64,000 bases of DNA from Eledone cirrhosa. Lineage: Eukaryota. Where the stretch lies: NCBI GenBank assembly GCA_964016885.1, contig OZ024743.1, positions 337,404,001-337,468,000 of the forward strand, given 5' to 3'. Positions within the stretch are counted from its first letter, which is position 1, and each line of letters opens with the position of its first letter. A program made the translations under genes and the position numbers. The notes beneath the pieces were generated by a model. It saw only the letters and a program-made list of their open reading frames with translations, was not told the origin of the DNA and did not search any database. Of the stretch, positions 37,747 through 52,200 are shown one piece after another.

Positions 37747-40480
37747 CGTTTCTGAATTTGTTTTGCAAGATTCTTTATCTGAAAACGTGTGTTGAAACCG
37801 ATATTGTTATACTTTGGGAGGGTCATGTTGCCAATAAGAAACACACGCACCAAGTATTTCACTTCAATTTATTATAATAAATTTATAAATTTAGGAATTT
37901 ATAAATTTCCGGTTGCTTGGTTGGTTCCACAACCAGATGATTGTTTATATATTGTCAAAGTTCTTTCGTCACACATTCTGTGACCTCTTCAGTAACTGGG
38001 GATTCTTTTCTTTGTTTTTGTGCCTCTCCTTTGTTCTGTCCTACGCCATCTTGTTTTTGTGTGTGTGTTGTGTGTTTAGTTTGCGCATGTGTTACATCCG
38101 GGTGTCTGTGTGTGTTTATATTTGTTTATTTACATGTTACTGGTTGGTTGTTTGTTCTATGTGCGTGTGTGTTTTCATTTTGACCTTCATTGTAAGTTGT
38201 GATGCTGCTGTTCCACTCATGTTTTCTATTTAATTTTGGTTGGAGTTCATTTATGTTTATTGCCTCTGTGATTTGTCTAAACATTGCGTCTTTTCTGTGT
38301 GTAGATTCTATTTTTATTTCTATGTTCTCTAATTTACCCTTATGTTCTATTTTAGCATGTTGGTAGAGTTCAGATGATTCTTTACTGTCTTGAAGGTCTC
38401 GCCAGTGTTCATTTATCCGTTCCCCTACACTACGAGCTGTCTCACCTATGTACACTATATTTTTATCTCTACATTGTCCTTCAGTACATCTTAAGCTATA
38501 TACTACATTTCTAGTTTTACAGTTAATATGGGGGCTTAATTTACAGATTATACATTTCTTATCTATACAGGGAGGCCTTTGAAAAGGGTATGTATTGCTA
38601 ATAAGTGTTTTTATGGAGGTACCTGGTCTTTCTACTATCTTAATATTGAGTTTATGTTTATCTAGTGCCCTTCTAAATTTGTAAGCTAATTCACCTCTAG
38701 GGGTTGTATTGATGAACATTACACTCTGGTATTTATTGCTATCATACCATGAGTGTATTCTATTAGCCTTATTCCTAGTTCTTTCTATTCTATTCCCAAA
38801 TTTGCTCCTATACAAGGGGCAGGTCCCATTTGTGTCATTATTTACCATTTATTCCCACTTGGTTCTGGCTCCTCTATATACTCTGATTTTATCTCTCTGA
38901 TTGTAACCAGAGAACTGCGGTGGATGAAGTGTTGTATGTGTCTCTCTAGTTCTTCGGGGTTGCACATGCGGGACACGTTTCTCATCACCCGTACCAAATA
39001 CGCAATCAGTATGTTGATTTTGGTGTGATCCGAAACAGCTGAGTTTCGGTGGATCAGATATTTGGAAGTCATGGGTTTGGCATAATGGGAATGGAGGATT
39101 TGTTTTTTGTTATTAATGGTTTCTAACCAGAGCTCTGTGTCTAGTACAGGTAATCGATGGTTGGGGTGTTTGCTTGGGTAGCCTATAGTAACTCTAATAC
39201 TCTGGTGGATGGAGTTAGCTATTTGCTGGATGCTTTCCATTGTGTTTTTCTCTAATTCCTGACTGTTCTCTAGTTGGGTGTTTTAACTACGATGTTTATA
39301 TCATCAACGTAGCGGGAGTACATTATCAGGCTTAAGGGGTCTTCTAATTGTTCTTTAAGTATAAGTTTAAGTTTACTGTCCCACCATACCATGAATAGGT
39401 TAGCTATGTCGCCTGAAATGCTAACGCCAGTAGCTGCTCCCTCCTCTTGGGCATATGTTTTTCCATTAAATTTGAACATATGTTCCTTAAGGGTTAATTT
39501 TATGCTGGCCCCCACCGCATGTGCAATCATTTTCTTTAGTTCATCGTGGTTTTCGGGGGCCGTATGGCTCTGGTCCACCCGTTCCATCTATCTGTGTGGG
39601 TTTTCTTGGCCATTGAGGTAATGGTAGGTGGTCTGCCACTTGCTGGTCTTGTAGGGCACAGGTTGCTAAGGACATATGTATCCAGATAATTATTACTATA
39701 GGTAAGTTTAAGTAGGAGTCCCAGCTCACTGGTATCAATCCCACGGAATTCAACATTGCTCTCACTGATCATTTCTACGCATTTCTCCACAGCAAAATCC
39801 ACGACAAAAGATGGATACAGGGACACAACATCCATACTACCTATTATGCAGTTTGTTAGGTCCCTAGATCGGTTACTCTCGCCGATTCTGCTGAGGTCCT
39901 CCATGCTGTCACATATATCTGGGGACATTTCAATGATGGGGCATATGATCAGGGAGAGGAAGTATGAAAGTCTGTAGTTACTAGCAATGTTAGCTTCACA
40001 GACTGGCCGTGTTGGTGGTCCTGTGACAGGGTCACTGCTCGTTTTATGGTCTTTTCGAAGCCCATGCAACACTGGCACGTCATTGTTCCAGGCTTGGAAG
40101 TTGTTGGCAGTCCTTTTGTTGGGCTGCATTATATTTGTCCACATCATCATATGGGCATTGAGGCCTTTTTCCCTATCCTCATGCTCCTGTGGTGTTACCT
40201 CTCTTGTGTTAGTGATGTGGGGTTGCATTGCCTGGATGTAGTTTGGCAGACTGTCAACCGACATTCTGCCAGACTTGTCTGTTGGAAAGCATGCTATCTC
40301 TCCATTACACGAGCGCTGCATGAGCTTACGCAAGCCATTTGCAGATTTTGCTCCCAGTTGCTGGGCCTAGATTCTATTATGCTTCTTGCTATACTGTTCT
40401 ATAATATTTCTAAGTTTAGATCTAGCTATACTAAATTGTGCTTCTGTTTGTTCATCGACCTATGTTGTGTTGTATTGTAT
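37745..40480 (-). mobile_element. Penelope-like element (RT plus C-terminal GIY-YIG), frameshifted, HHR at 37954-37996
   Basis: DKSGR, SMDVVSLYPS, GAATG, YSRYVDDI, LPVLD, NVVY..VYIGETAR..R..EH. Confidence 0.92.
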
Positions 40481-40722
40481 GGCGTAGACATACAATGCAA
40501 CAGGAGGAAACATAATAGTACCACTGATGATGTTGCAGATGTGCAACGAAAGAACTTTGTTAGACTATATATATGTATTTATATATGTATTTTTGACCGT
40601 TGGTCAATCAATGATAACTATTGATGGCTGAATGAACTAACTATGGAGATATAAAAGATACAGAAGCGAAAACTAACCAAACAGTGAGTGTGTTCCGTTA
40701 TTATTTCTGGCAATATTATAAC
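40481..40722 (+). mobile_element. Inverted related pLTR segment with HHR (~40519-40561)
   Basis: CTGATGA T GTTGCA gatg TGCAAC GAAA GAAC TT TG. Confidence 0.65.
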
Positions 40723-40738
40723 TATATATATATATATA

Positions 40739-40808
<70 letters not shown>

Positions 40809-40881
40809 ATCTGCAAAAGACTTTCTGACCACACAAGCCGAAACCGCTTGGCGCCGTAGTTGGGATTTTACATCTCTCTCG

Positions 40882-40956
<75 letters not shown>

Positions 40957-41011
40957 TGTGCGTGCGTGTGTGTCTGTGTATGTATATATATATATATATA
41001 CATATATATAA

Positions 41012-41198
41012 TAATTGTTTCTACTTTAGGCACAAGGCCAGCAAATACCCAGTGCCTTACTGGTACTTTATTTTATCGACCCCGTAAGGATGAAAGGCAA
41101 AGTCAACCTCGGCGGGATTTGAACTCAGATCGTAAAGGGACGTAACTATGCTGGAAAGCATGGCGTCCGACCCTCTAATGATACTGCCAATCCACCGG
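41012..41198 (-). mobile_element. tRNA-derived SINE copy
   Basis: Homologous to 8636-8821. Confidence 0.88.
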
Positions 41199-41229
41199 CT
41201 ATTATATATATATAATAATAATAATAATA

Positions 41230-41452
41230 ATAAATTTGAAGACTAAAATCCAAAGAGGGCTCGATAAGGATAAATATATATCAAATATATAAGAACCGTA
41301 GAGAAAATATTTTTAAAAATAACAGATTAAAGTTTAAGCAAAGAATCGCTGCTTTCACCCTTAGCGGGATCTTCTGAAAACTCAGAAGATCCCGTTAAGG
41401 GTGAAAGCAGCCATTCTTTGCTTAAACTTTAATCTGTTATTTTAATAAATAT
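41230..41452. mobile_element. Fold-back of the terminus of the 60355-62010 PLE
   Basis: Matches 60360-60510; 4-nt spacer near 41380; HHR-like CAGAAGA T CCC..GGG T GAAA. Confidence 0.85.
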
Positions 41453-41461
41453 ATATATATC

Positions 41462-41748
41462 TATACGATATTAACAAATGGAAACTATATTTATAAAACC
41501 CTATTTATTTCATTATACATATTTCAAGGACACCAAGTTAAATTATGGTGTGCTTTCATCAGATAAAATATAATATAGATCAGTTTTATAAATAAATATT
41601 GACATACCCTTAAAGAATGCAACCATTGCTGTTGGAAGCTCCCGGATAGTGGAGTTGTAGCTTTAATTATATTATTAGTATTGGATATTTTTATTTTTAA
41701 AATAAGCCGTTGGGTTATGGAGAAAGAGAAAGATAAAGAAGGAGAGAG

Positions 41749-41790
<42 letters not shown>

Positions 41791-42178
41791 CAGAACAACA
41801 GAGAGAGAAAGATAGAGAGAGGGAGAGAGGAGACAGAGAAAAGGGGAGAGAACGAAAAATAAAAATATCCAATACTAATAATATAATTAAAGCTACAACT
41901 CCACTATCCGGGAGCTTCCAACAGCAATGGTTGCATTCTTTAAGGGTATGTCAATATTTATTTATAAAACTGATCTATATTATATTTTATCTGATGAAAG
42001 CACACCATAATTTAACTTGGTGTCCTTAAAATATGTATAATGAAATAAATAGGGTTTTATAAATATAGTTTCCATTTGTTAATATCGTATTTTTACTCCA
42101 AATATTTGTTGAGTGCTTTATATCAGTTATAAAAATATTTGCTTGTTGTATCCCAACAATTTAAATAGAACTTCTACA
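41462..42178. mobile_element. Fold-back of the 15808 PLE pLTR (~235-bp arms, HHR in each arm, ~85-nt tail)
   Basis: 41462-41697 is inverted at 41856-42089; a tail continues to (TA)n. Confidence 0.9.
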
Positions 42179-42729
42179 TATATATCTATCTATATAAATC
42201 TGAGGATGTGTATGTTAAGGTTTGTAACGTATGCACGTCTACAATTTCCAACGGATATTATTCAAAGTCGGGACAATTATTGATTTTGGTCAGGAAAAGG
42301 TCCTGAGGTAAAGAAATTCCAAATCCATCAACAATAAGGGTAAAAATCGATCATGATCATTCCCCCTCTCTATAATTTAACTGCTTTACTCTCTCTGTCG
42401 CTCTTCACTCCCTATATGACAACACTGCAGAGAGAGAAACAGTGTGTATGATCAAATGGAGAGTTCCGTATATTCCCTCCCTCTATAATTTAACTGCTTT
42501 ACTCTCTCTGTCGCTCTTCACTCCCTATATGACAACACTGCAGTGGAGCGTACGTATTGAGCGTTCCATGTTGAGCGTTCCGTATTGTCATACGGCTTAT
42601 CTGGGGCATTTTCAATCGGCTTATTGCAAATAACAACCCGCAAAATAACACTTCATATAACAGATTAATGCTATAGACATATGAATCGGAATGTAACGCG
42701 TGAACTTTTTCCTGTGCAAAATTATTCGA

Positions 42730-45499
42730 ACAGACATGACCTCATTGCCAGAGTGTTGTGACTGAAACTGGCTAAACTCATGGCTTTAATCAAAGAGGGT
42801 CAGGTATTTGGAGCTGTAAAATGTGACATGTTCACCGTCGAATGGCAAAAACGAGGGCTGCCAAATGCTCACATTTTGATTTGGTTAGCTGATAAAATCA
42901 ATTCATAGACAGCTTCATTTCGGCTGAAATCCCTAACCCAGCAACTGACCAGGAATTACATGACATCATCAAAGCTAACAAGGTCCGTGTGCATCGGGTC
43001 CTAATGAGCATCACACGTGCCTGAAAGGGGAGTCGTGCAGTAAGGGATACTCCAAAAGATTTGTTGACCAGACTCAGACTGGTGGCGACGGGTACCCCCT
43101 GTACAGGCGGAGAGGGCCCGAGAACGGTGGCTTCACCACAACAGTAAAGGGAGGTCAAGTCGACAATAGAGGCATTTCAAGGCATTTCAAGCTGAAAATA
43201 GAAGGGACGAGGTCACAGAATACCTGGCGGGGTGGTACATCAGTAGCAATGAAGCTTTTTGGCGCCTATTTGGTTTACCCCTACACCAACGGCATCCCGC
43301 CATCGTACAGCTTGCGGTATATTTGGAAAATGGGCAAATGGTTTACTTTACGGACCAAACCGCCGCCAAGTTGGCCGCCGATCCGAAAGAGACCACTCTG
43401 ACGGGTTTCTTCAAACTTTGCCAGTTCGATACATTTGCGCAAACAATTGTGTACCCCCAGATTCCATCCTACTTTAGATGGTCGAAAAACACTTGGGTGC
43501 GAAGAAAGTCAAGTCAGGCTGTTGAAAGACATCCTGGTGTAAAAATTGACAGCTGCCTTGGAAGGGTTTACACTGTGCCCCCAAGTCAGCATGAGTGCTT
43601 TCATCTCCGCCTTCTTCTGCATGAAGTTGTAGGCCCACAAAGTTTTCAGGACCTCAAAACTGTTGATGGAGAAATATGTGATACGTACCGGGAAGCCTGC
43701 TTTAAGCGTGGTCTTTTGTAAGATGATTCGCAATGGGATTCCACTTTAGCAGAGGGTGCTTTGTTGAAATCACCTAAAGGTCTACGGTAACTCTTTGACA
43801 TTTTGCTTCAAAAGTGTGAATATGGGTCAAGTACAGGGACTTCATGTCTGAGGACTTCCTGCGCCTGGCTCCTTCAGTGTCCTTCAGTGGAAGTTGGTTA
43901 CATTACAGCGACATTATCTACAATAGGGCAATAAAGTACCAGTAATGCACTGGGTAATTGCTGGCCTTGTGCCTAAAGTAGAGACAATTATCTACAACAG
44001 GGCACTCATTGATATCGAGGACGCCCTCCTCGACATGGGTGGGAGTGAGTTGGCGACGTATGGCTTGCCGTCAACCGTCAGAGAGGAAGCTAACACGTTG
44101 GCCCCGGATTTGTTGCGGGAAACAACATATGACATCGAATCTCTTTCCCAATACTTAGAGGAAAATGAGCCCAAACTTCTGTCGGACCAAAGGTTGGCCT
44201 ATTTAACTATCATTGACGCGGTTCAAAATCAGACTGGGGGTATTTACATTCTCGATGCTCCTGGGGGTACCGGAAAAACTTTTGTAACAAAATTGATTCT
44301 CGCTAAGATTCGTCAGGAGAAAAAAATTGCGTTGGCCGTTGCATCGTCCGGGATCGCTGCTACTTTGCTGCCGGGAGGCAGGACAGCACATTCAACCTTT
44401 AAACTCCCCTTGGATTTAATAAAAACTGAGACACCAACATGCAATATCAGCAAGAGTTCACACGAAGTTCTGGTTCTCAAAAAATGTTGCCTCATTGTTT
44501 GGGATGAGTGCACAATGGCACACAAGGGTGCCCTTGAGGCATTGGACATGACCCTGAAAGACATTAGGGATTCTACAGCTCCTATGGGTGGCGTAACCCT
44601 TCTGCTATCAGGGGATTTTCGGCAAACGCTGCCTGTCATCCCCAAAGGGACAAGAGCTGAGGAAGTGCGTGCCTGCCTTAAGTCGTCCATGTTGTGGATC
44701 CAGGTGAAGAGTTTGTACCTGAGCACAAATATGCGTGCTCATTTGCATGGTGACAACATGTCTGCAGGATTTGCTCAGAATATTTTAGCACTTGGTGAGG
44801 GCAAGGTCTCTGCGGGTGACAAGAGTGGCATAGCAATTGACTCCCTGTGCAACATTGTGAGCAGCCCTTCTGACCTTTTGGAAGCAGTTTTTCCTAATGT
44901 CTCATCTAACTTTAAAAACCTCGATTGGCTCAGCGAAAGAGCCATCCTTGCTCCGAAAAATACCATGGATAATTTTATTAACGAGCAGCTGATTGAGAAG
45001 ATCCCCGGTAAAGAACACATCTTCAAATCTATCGACCAGACGTCAGACCCCGACGATATCGTTAATTATCCGGTTGAGTTATTAAATTCCCTTGAGCCTC
45101 CAGGGCTCCCACCTCACATTCTTAAGCTTAGGGTTGGCTGTCCCATTATGCTAATAAGGAACTTGCATCCACCAAAGCAGTGCAACGGTACTCGCATGGT
45201 CGTCAAGTCACTGACGCCCCACTTGATTGAGGTCACCATTGTAACGGGGTGCGGGAGAGGGGAGACTGTTTTCATTCCAAGGATGAACCTTTTCCCCTCG
45301 GCGTCAGATATCACGTTCGATTTCCGGCGATCCCAATTCCCGGTGAGACCATGTTTTGCCATGTCCATTCACAAGTCACAAGGGCAAACATTGTCGGTGG
45401 CGGGCATCCATTTGGGGAGCTATGCTTCTCCCATGGCCAACTTTTTGCTTACACTCCTCAAGGGATGACACGCAATATCGTCTACAAAGAGGTGCTATA
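42730..45499 (+). pseudogene. Helitron Rep/PIF1-family helicase
   Basis: VEWQKRGLPNAHILIWL (Rep motif 2, one His lost), DAPGGTGKT, WDECTM, GDFRQTLPV and AMSIHKSQGQT. Confidence 0.93.
43931..43986 (+). mobile_element. SINE 3' fragment inserted in the Helitron with 18-bp TSD
   Basis: ATTATCTACAA(T/C)AGGGCA at 43913-43930 and 43987-44004. Confidence 0.85.
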
Positions 45500-45827
45500 G
45501 ATGTTGGTGCAGGTGTTGGAGGTGGTGGAGCTATGCCGTCTGGAAAACTATTTCCTGGTAGGGTCACCCATGGCGGACAGATCTGACACCCAGCGGCATC
45601 AGGGCCACCATCTTGCAGCTTTGGTCTACTAAATTCGCTATTGGAAGATTATTAACCCATCATTATTTTTGTCCAAAATGGTAATTGGTTCGTAACTTTT
45701 AATAACCGGTTCAACTGCTTTATGCACTTAATTGATAAGCCTACTCGTTTCAAGCCACGTTTGCCTGTATGTAACTTTTCATAGCAAATGAACAAACCCG
45801 AGCAACGCCGGGCTAAACTGCTAGTAT

Positions 45828-45858
<31 letters not shown>

Positions 45859-46552
45859 CACACACATACACCTACTCACAGACACATATAAAACGCTAAG
45901 TCACGTGTCGATATTTTTTTATTGGTTGGTTTCTATGAAGCTGGCAGGAAAAAGCAATGGGTGAGGTGAAAGAGGTGAAAGAGGGAGACAGAAATTATTG
46001 AAAAGAGTAGCAAATTAGATAAATAGGAAGGTGAGGGCTTGACAAGATGGCTGTCAGCTGTGAGACCGAGTCACGTAAATATTGTTGAATATCAAATACC
46101 ATGGAATAAAAAATGAAACTAAAAGAAGAACGGGAATAAGAAAAGAGAGGGAGAATTAGATTAGTTATGTACTCTTGGGTCCCAAAGAATAGGTGGGAGG
46201 AATGAACGGAGTGGGGTTGAAAGATCGGTGATTTATTTTAGGTTGTCTCCCTTGATTTTTAAAACCAGAATTATTCGTTTAGTTTACATATTGAGACCCC
46301 AACCCATCCTATTTATTTTATATAACGTATGAGGTTTTTTTTTTTCATGTATAATGTTTTTTTAATGTATAAAGAAAATTAATTGTCGCAGGAATGCTAC
46401 CACTTAAAATATAATTTCACAGATGATAGATTAGAAAAATTTAATAAGCGGGGGGTGGGGTATAACAGCGGGGGTGACGGGGGACGATTATTCGAGAGCC
46501 GAGTGTATAACATAACAGAGTATAGAGAGTGAGTGAATGACAGAGAATGATA

Positions 46553-46604
<52 letters not shown>

Positions 46605-46762
46605 CATATGTATATGCTATTTTCGAGGGGAGGATGGAGCAGAATTTGATTGAGAGAAAAAAGAGAAGAGAAAGTTTTGTGTAGATAGAGAGGAAGATAA
46701 ACAAAAATATGTATAATGAAGTTTGTCTGTGCTCTTGGTTCCCACCCCACCGGAGAGCATAC

Positions 46763-47056
46763 CTCCACATTGTCCAGACATGAATTATGCCTGTACTCTG
46801 CCCACCTGAGGCCATTCCCTCCACATTGTCCAGACATGAATTATGCCTGTACTCTGCCCACCTGAGGCCATTCCCTCCACATTGTCCAGACATGAATTAT
46901 GCCTGTACTCAGCCCACCTGAGGGCATTCCCTCCACATTGTCCAGACATGAATTATGCCTGTACTCTGCCCATCTGAGGGCATTCCCTCCACATTGTCCA
47001 GACATGAATTATGCCTGTACTCTGCCCACCTGAGGGCATTCCTTCCACATTGTCCA
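46763..47056. repeat. 56-bp minisatellite, ~5.3 copies
   Basis: Unit CTCCACATTGTCCAGACATGAATTATGCCTGTACTCTGCCCACCTGAGGCCATTCC. Confidence 0.95.
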
Positions 47057-47064
47057 CACTTGTA

Positions 47065-47410
47065 ATGGTGCTTTAATTTATTGACCCCATAAGGATGAAA
47101 GGCAAAGTTAACCTCGGCAGGATTTGAACTCAGATCATAAAGGGCCGTTACTCTGTGTTGCAAAGCATCGCGACCGACCCTCTACCGATAATTACCAATC
47201 CACCCTCCTACTAATATAGATACAAGGCTGTTAATTTGGAGAAGGGGGAAACTCACTTATATCAGCCCCAGTACTCAACTGGTATTTTAGTTTATCGACT
47301 CCAGAAGGATGGAAGGCAAAGATGACCGCGGTGGGATTTGAACGTACAACGTAAAGAGCCAGAACAAAAACCGCCGTAGCATTTTATCTGGTATTCTACT
47401 AATTCTGCCA
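47065..47410 (-). mobile_element. Two adjacent diverged tRNA-SINE copies
   Basis: AAGGATG(A/G)AAGGCAAAG..GGATTTGAAC core occurs twice. Confidence 0.75.
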
Positions 47411-48229
47411 GGACACGAAAGAGAGTGGATGGGGGTAAAATTAGTAAGAATGCTTAAAGAAGAAACAGGGAAAGGCAATGAAGAAAGTCTTAAAGCAAGA
47501 ATAAGAAGAATTAATGAAAGAATGCAAAAACGAAGCTCATCAGTTTTTATGGGCATTACGTTGGTGTACACATGCACAAACGCGCGCGCGCGCACACACA
47601 CACACACTCTCACACACACACTATATTTGCTCCACTGAAAACACGTACGTCGTCAGGTAGCCATGTTGGAATGATATTCATAACAAAAAAAAAGGCAATG
47701 TTAGCAAAAGGCGACACAAATCTCATTTAGATCTCACGCTACCACACGCATAAGAAACATGAAGACCAATTACACTTGAACAGGATTGACAAGTACAGCC
47801 AGTTTGGAAGTGGTATCAGGAGTGGCGGGTGTAGGATCAGTCGCTGTTATTTGCAGACGACATGATGATACATAATTCATCAGAAGTGTTTCCGACATGA
47901 AGACTGAGACGCTCGTCCTCTCAAGGAAGCATGCGCAGTGCAACCTACACGTCAATAGAGTTCCACTGAAACAGGTCGAGAAGTTCAGGTATCGAGGCCG
48001 TGTTCCCGAGTCTTGGAAGGCAGGGGGCTGAATTAAGTGCTAAAATTGCGGGAGCTGGTGCAGTAATGCGGCAGCTTCAGCTTTAGGTTATCAGAAGAAA
48101 GGAGGTAGATGTAAGAGCCAAACTCGCTATCTACAATTCGGTATTCGTGCCAATCCTTACCTAAGAATGTAATGACCGAAAGATTACGAAAATCTTCCCA
48201 TTTAGCATAATCACAAACGGAATACAAAG

Positions 48230-48808
48230 GGCTAAACATATAGGTATCAAAGAACTAAGGACATGCCAAAACAAACCCAGGAAAAATGTTTTACTATATG
48301 TGTCAACCTTCAACCTCAAAAATCTCAAAGTGTTTGACCACTTCCGCAAAAACATTTCCTATTCTATATAGAGATGAAAATATGAAAACAATTCTTGAAA
48401 CACAAAATCATCAAGAGTAAAAGACAGCCTAAAACACCAAATCTTACCCTTACTGGGGCAAAAACATATAAACAAATCTCCAACCACTGTTACAAAATGC
48501 GGAAGAACAAATTGTGGTACCTTCTTATACCTAATTCAAGGACTGACATTCAAGTTTAAGGATGGATAAACCTTCAGAATAAAAGTAAATTTCTCCTGCA
48601 ACTCGAAAAAGCTAATCTATGTGATAACTTGCTATGGATTTCTGCAAAATTACATAGAACAGACGGGAGTATCATTACGGGAAAGAAAGACCATGCACCA
48701 CCAACAAATCCGTGAGGAAAACATGACAGAAATCCCTATTTTTAGCTATTTTTACAAACCCTGAAAATAACTTGATATTTTGGCACAATTAAACCTCACT
48801 TAAATGTA

Positions 48809-48889
<81 letters not shown>

Positions 48890-49250
48890 TACAAAGAAAT
48901 GCCATCTAGACCAGTTTTTTTATGAATAGAAAAGGAATTTTCTTGTGAATCAATTATACATTAAACTGTTGAACCCCACCACCACCACCACCACCGCACC
49001 TTCATAAAGAACATATATATAAGTAAATTCATATAGTTTCTAACTGCTTACAGAATATGAGAACTAACTTTTTTATTTGATAAGCTTGATTCAATCGAAA
49101 CCGGTAATATTTGACAAAATCTAAACCCATTTAATGTAACAATTATAAAAATATTCATTCTGTCAAGTTAAAGAAAAAATAATCTTTGAATATACCCCTT
49201 TGTTTTTTAACTTTTACTTTTTACCTATGATTATTGATTTGTATGGAATT
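48230..49250 (+). mobile_element. Degenerate PLE 3' part (GIY-YIG) with terminal HHR at 49074-49109
   Basis: FSCNSKKLIYVITC..NYIEQTG..LRER..H; TAT TTGATAA G..C GAAA CCGG TA ATA. Confidence 0.75.
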
Positions 49251-49261
49251 TTACTTCCATT

Positions 49262-52200
49262 TTGAGGGGTCAACAGTTTTCTCAGTTCAACTTTTTATGT
49301 TTATGTCTAAATGGCGCTTCACTCCCGCTGCTGGTTTACACATCAAGTCACCTTTAGTGCAGATGACATAATTTTGAGCTGAGCAGGAGGACATGTTTGA
49401 TAGTATCTTGGTGTTAGATCTTAGATCACGAAGATGGATCAGTCGAGATTTTACATAGTTCTTTATACCTTCGTGGTAGACAGCTCCCCATTTTCCAAGA
49501 TCAGTAGCTACGGCTTCAAACGAAGTGAGAAGTATATTCACAGATTTAATATTGTATTTCAGTTTGCCCTTATATATGAGTAGTTATCTACCTACAATAC
49601 GTGCACCAATATAAAGTTGACACTATGACACCACATTGCGTGTGCGGTCCTCAATCTTCTGTAGGACATGACCAGCCTATATGAGTTGTGATTGCATCAG
49701 AAATGATTCAATCCCACCGATGTTGTACCTCGGCATTGGATTTTATGTCGGAAAGTGTATAACCACAGATAGAGCGAAGATGATGTTTGTGGGAGACATC
49801 AAGCTTATACATATGGGTGTGATAAAGTGACCATGACTCAGAGCTGTATAAGATTGTTGTCAGTACCACTGCACGGTAAACTGCAACTTTCATTTTCAGG
49901 GATATACCTCTGACACCCCATAGACGATGATGTAGTTTGCCTAAGGCATCAGTTACTTCAAAGGTGCGGTTGAGGATCTCATTATTCAGGGATGCAGGAC
50001 TACTCACTTTGCTGCCAAAGTAAGTAAAAGAGTTCACATACTTCAGATCCTTGCATGACAACAGTGATGGGAATATGGGAACGCCCGTACTCCGGCTGTC
50101 CTTCTCCAACATCTTCTAATTTTCTGGGAGTGGTTGGCCTTGGTTAATGTACCACACCAGTCTTCTTAATACTGATTGTTAAACCAAATGCTTTACAGGC
50201 AAGCTAGAAGCGTTTCATGAGTTCTTGCCCTTCTTCAAGGGATGTTGCAACGAGTGCAGCATCATCAGCAAACAGTATGATTAACACTTGTTCGTGTAAG
50301 TATTTAGCCTTAAAGCGCTGATGGTTGAATAACCCACATGATGTATGGAATTCAGTGTCTAAGTCACTAAATGCATGCTGGAGCATTAAGAGAAGAATAA
50401 AGAAAAGAGAACAGGAAGCATGACCCTGTTTCGTACCAAAGGTTTCAGAACAGTTACCATTTAACATAATTCCCTCATGAAAAGATATAACATTCAGCAT
50501 ATTGTCACGTATGCCAAGCTTTTTGAGGATTTTTTTGAGAGTTTTGCGATTGACAGTGTCAAAGGATTTAGTCAAGTCGACAAAGACCATAAGCAGTTCC
50601 TGGTTCTTTTCATGAATCTTCCTTGCAGCCTGGTGAAGGGGGAAAAATCATGTCAGTAGTACCCCGACCTTTACTGAAACCACATTGGTTTCCAGAGTAG
50701 ATATCGTCAATAAGTCTGGATGTAATTCTGTTAAGAATGACAGGAGGGGAAAGTACCTTGCAAGCAATGCCGAGAAGGTATTTTAAAAACTTTTAAAAAC
50801 TTTTATCTCAAGGAGATGGATTATAAATGCATTTCTGAAATCTTGAGGAACATGTTCTACTTTCCAGATTTCTAGAAATAGCCGAAGCTCACGAATATAT
50901 TTTGACTACCATATTTGAAAATTTCTGGTGTGATCCCATCTTTACCAAGATATTATTGGATGACAGTTGTTTGATAACGGCTTGTACTTCCTTAAAGCTC
51001 GGGTTGAATACTAATTCGGGTATCTCTGGCCTTTGTGGAATAGATGATATCATGTCTTTATCAACGTTTGACTTAGTATTTAGGACTTTTTCAATGTGTT
51101 CCTTCCACCGAGAGAATATCTCAGCTTTGCTTGTGTATTGGGCTGTACCATCAGATGATAGAACTGAATTTGACCTGCTCTCTCTAGGACCATAAACTGT
51201 CTTCAGACCACTATAAAAGGTCCTTTTTATCGGCAACGTTTTGTAGATCAGCTGCTTTAGCTGCCCATCAGACATTCTTCATCTTTCTAAGTAAGGATTG
51301 TGCCTGCTGTTTACAGTCTTATAGGCTTTCCTTTTAGTTGTTGGGTTTTTAACTCCAATCCAGAGCCTGTGTAGGATATGCATCTTGCCGATAAGATTCT
51401 GGGCATCCGAGTTGCTTCCATTAAACCAGTCCTGGTGTTTCTCTTAGGAAATACTAAAATGTCTACAGAGCTGCATAGATAGCATCTTTGAGTGCTTTTT
51501 AGTAAGCCTCAATGTCATCAGAAATCTGGACAGAGTCGAGGGATGAGTCAAGTTTTGCAGAAAGTTCCAGCCTCCTATCTGTGGATCTCAAAGCATCCAC
51601 ATCAACCTTGGGTGAGATAAGAGACTTTTGATAACGCCTTCTTGAGGAAGATTGAATGAAACTTTACTGTGCAGTAGTGCATGATCCGAGAAATAACAAG
51701 AAGTGTGAAAACAACAAGTGGTTTTGAAATAGTTTAGGTCACGCCTGTTTGTGATGACTTAATCAATTATGTACCAATCCTTGGATCTAGGATGCATCCA
51801 TGTTATCTTATGTTTTGCAGGTTGTTAGAAAAAGCTATTAGTGACGCTAAGATCAAATTCCTTACAAGGTGAAAGCAGCCTAAGCCCATTTGAGTTCATA
51901 GATCCGACTCCATTAAACCCGTTATGCTACGTTTGATGGTCACTTCCTACTCTAGCATTAAAATCTCCCATTATGATGAGCTTGTTCTCTTATGGAACAG
52001 AGGAAACCACTCTGTGACGTTGATCATAAAATGTTACGATATTCTGCTCAGATGAATAAAGAGTTGGGGAGTAACAACTTACTCGTGTAACAGAGGTGTT
52101 TTCTAGATCCAGGGAAAGAGTGTGGGTACGATCACTGTCACCTTTGGGGAATTGTGTTAGGGGTCGAGTAATGTCAGATATAATAACAAAATCAACAACT

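Larger units (their letters stand above)
42185..45824 (+). mobile_element. Helitron, internally deleted
   Basis: 5' TC after (TA)n; 3' CCCGAGCAACGCCGGG hairpin and CTAG|T. Confidence 0.92.

Noticed and set aside
47870-47995. CTGATGA/GAAAC pair on the minus strand as a hammerhead
   Set aside because: The helices do not form. The plus strand reads as an RTE RT fragment (LKQVEKFRY).
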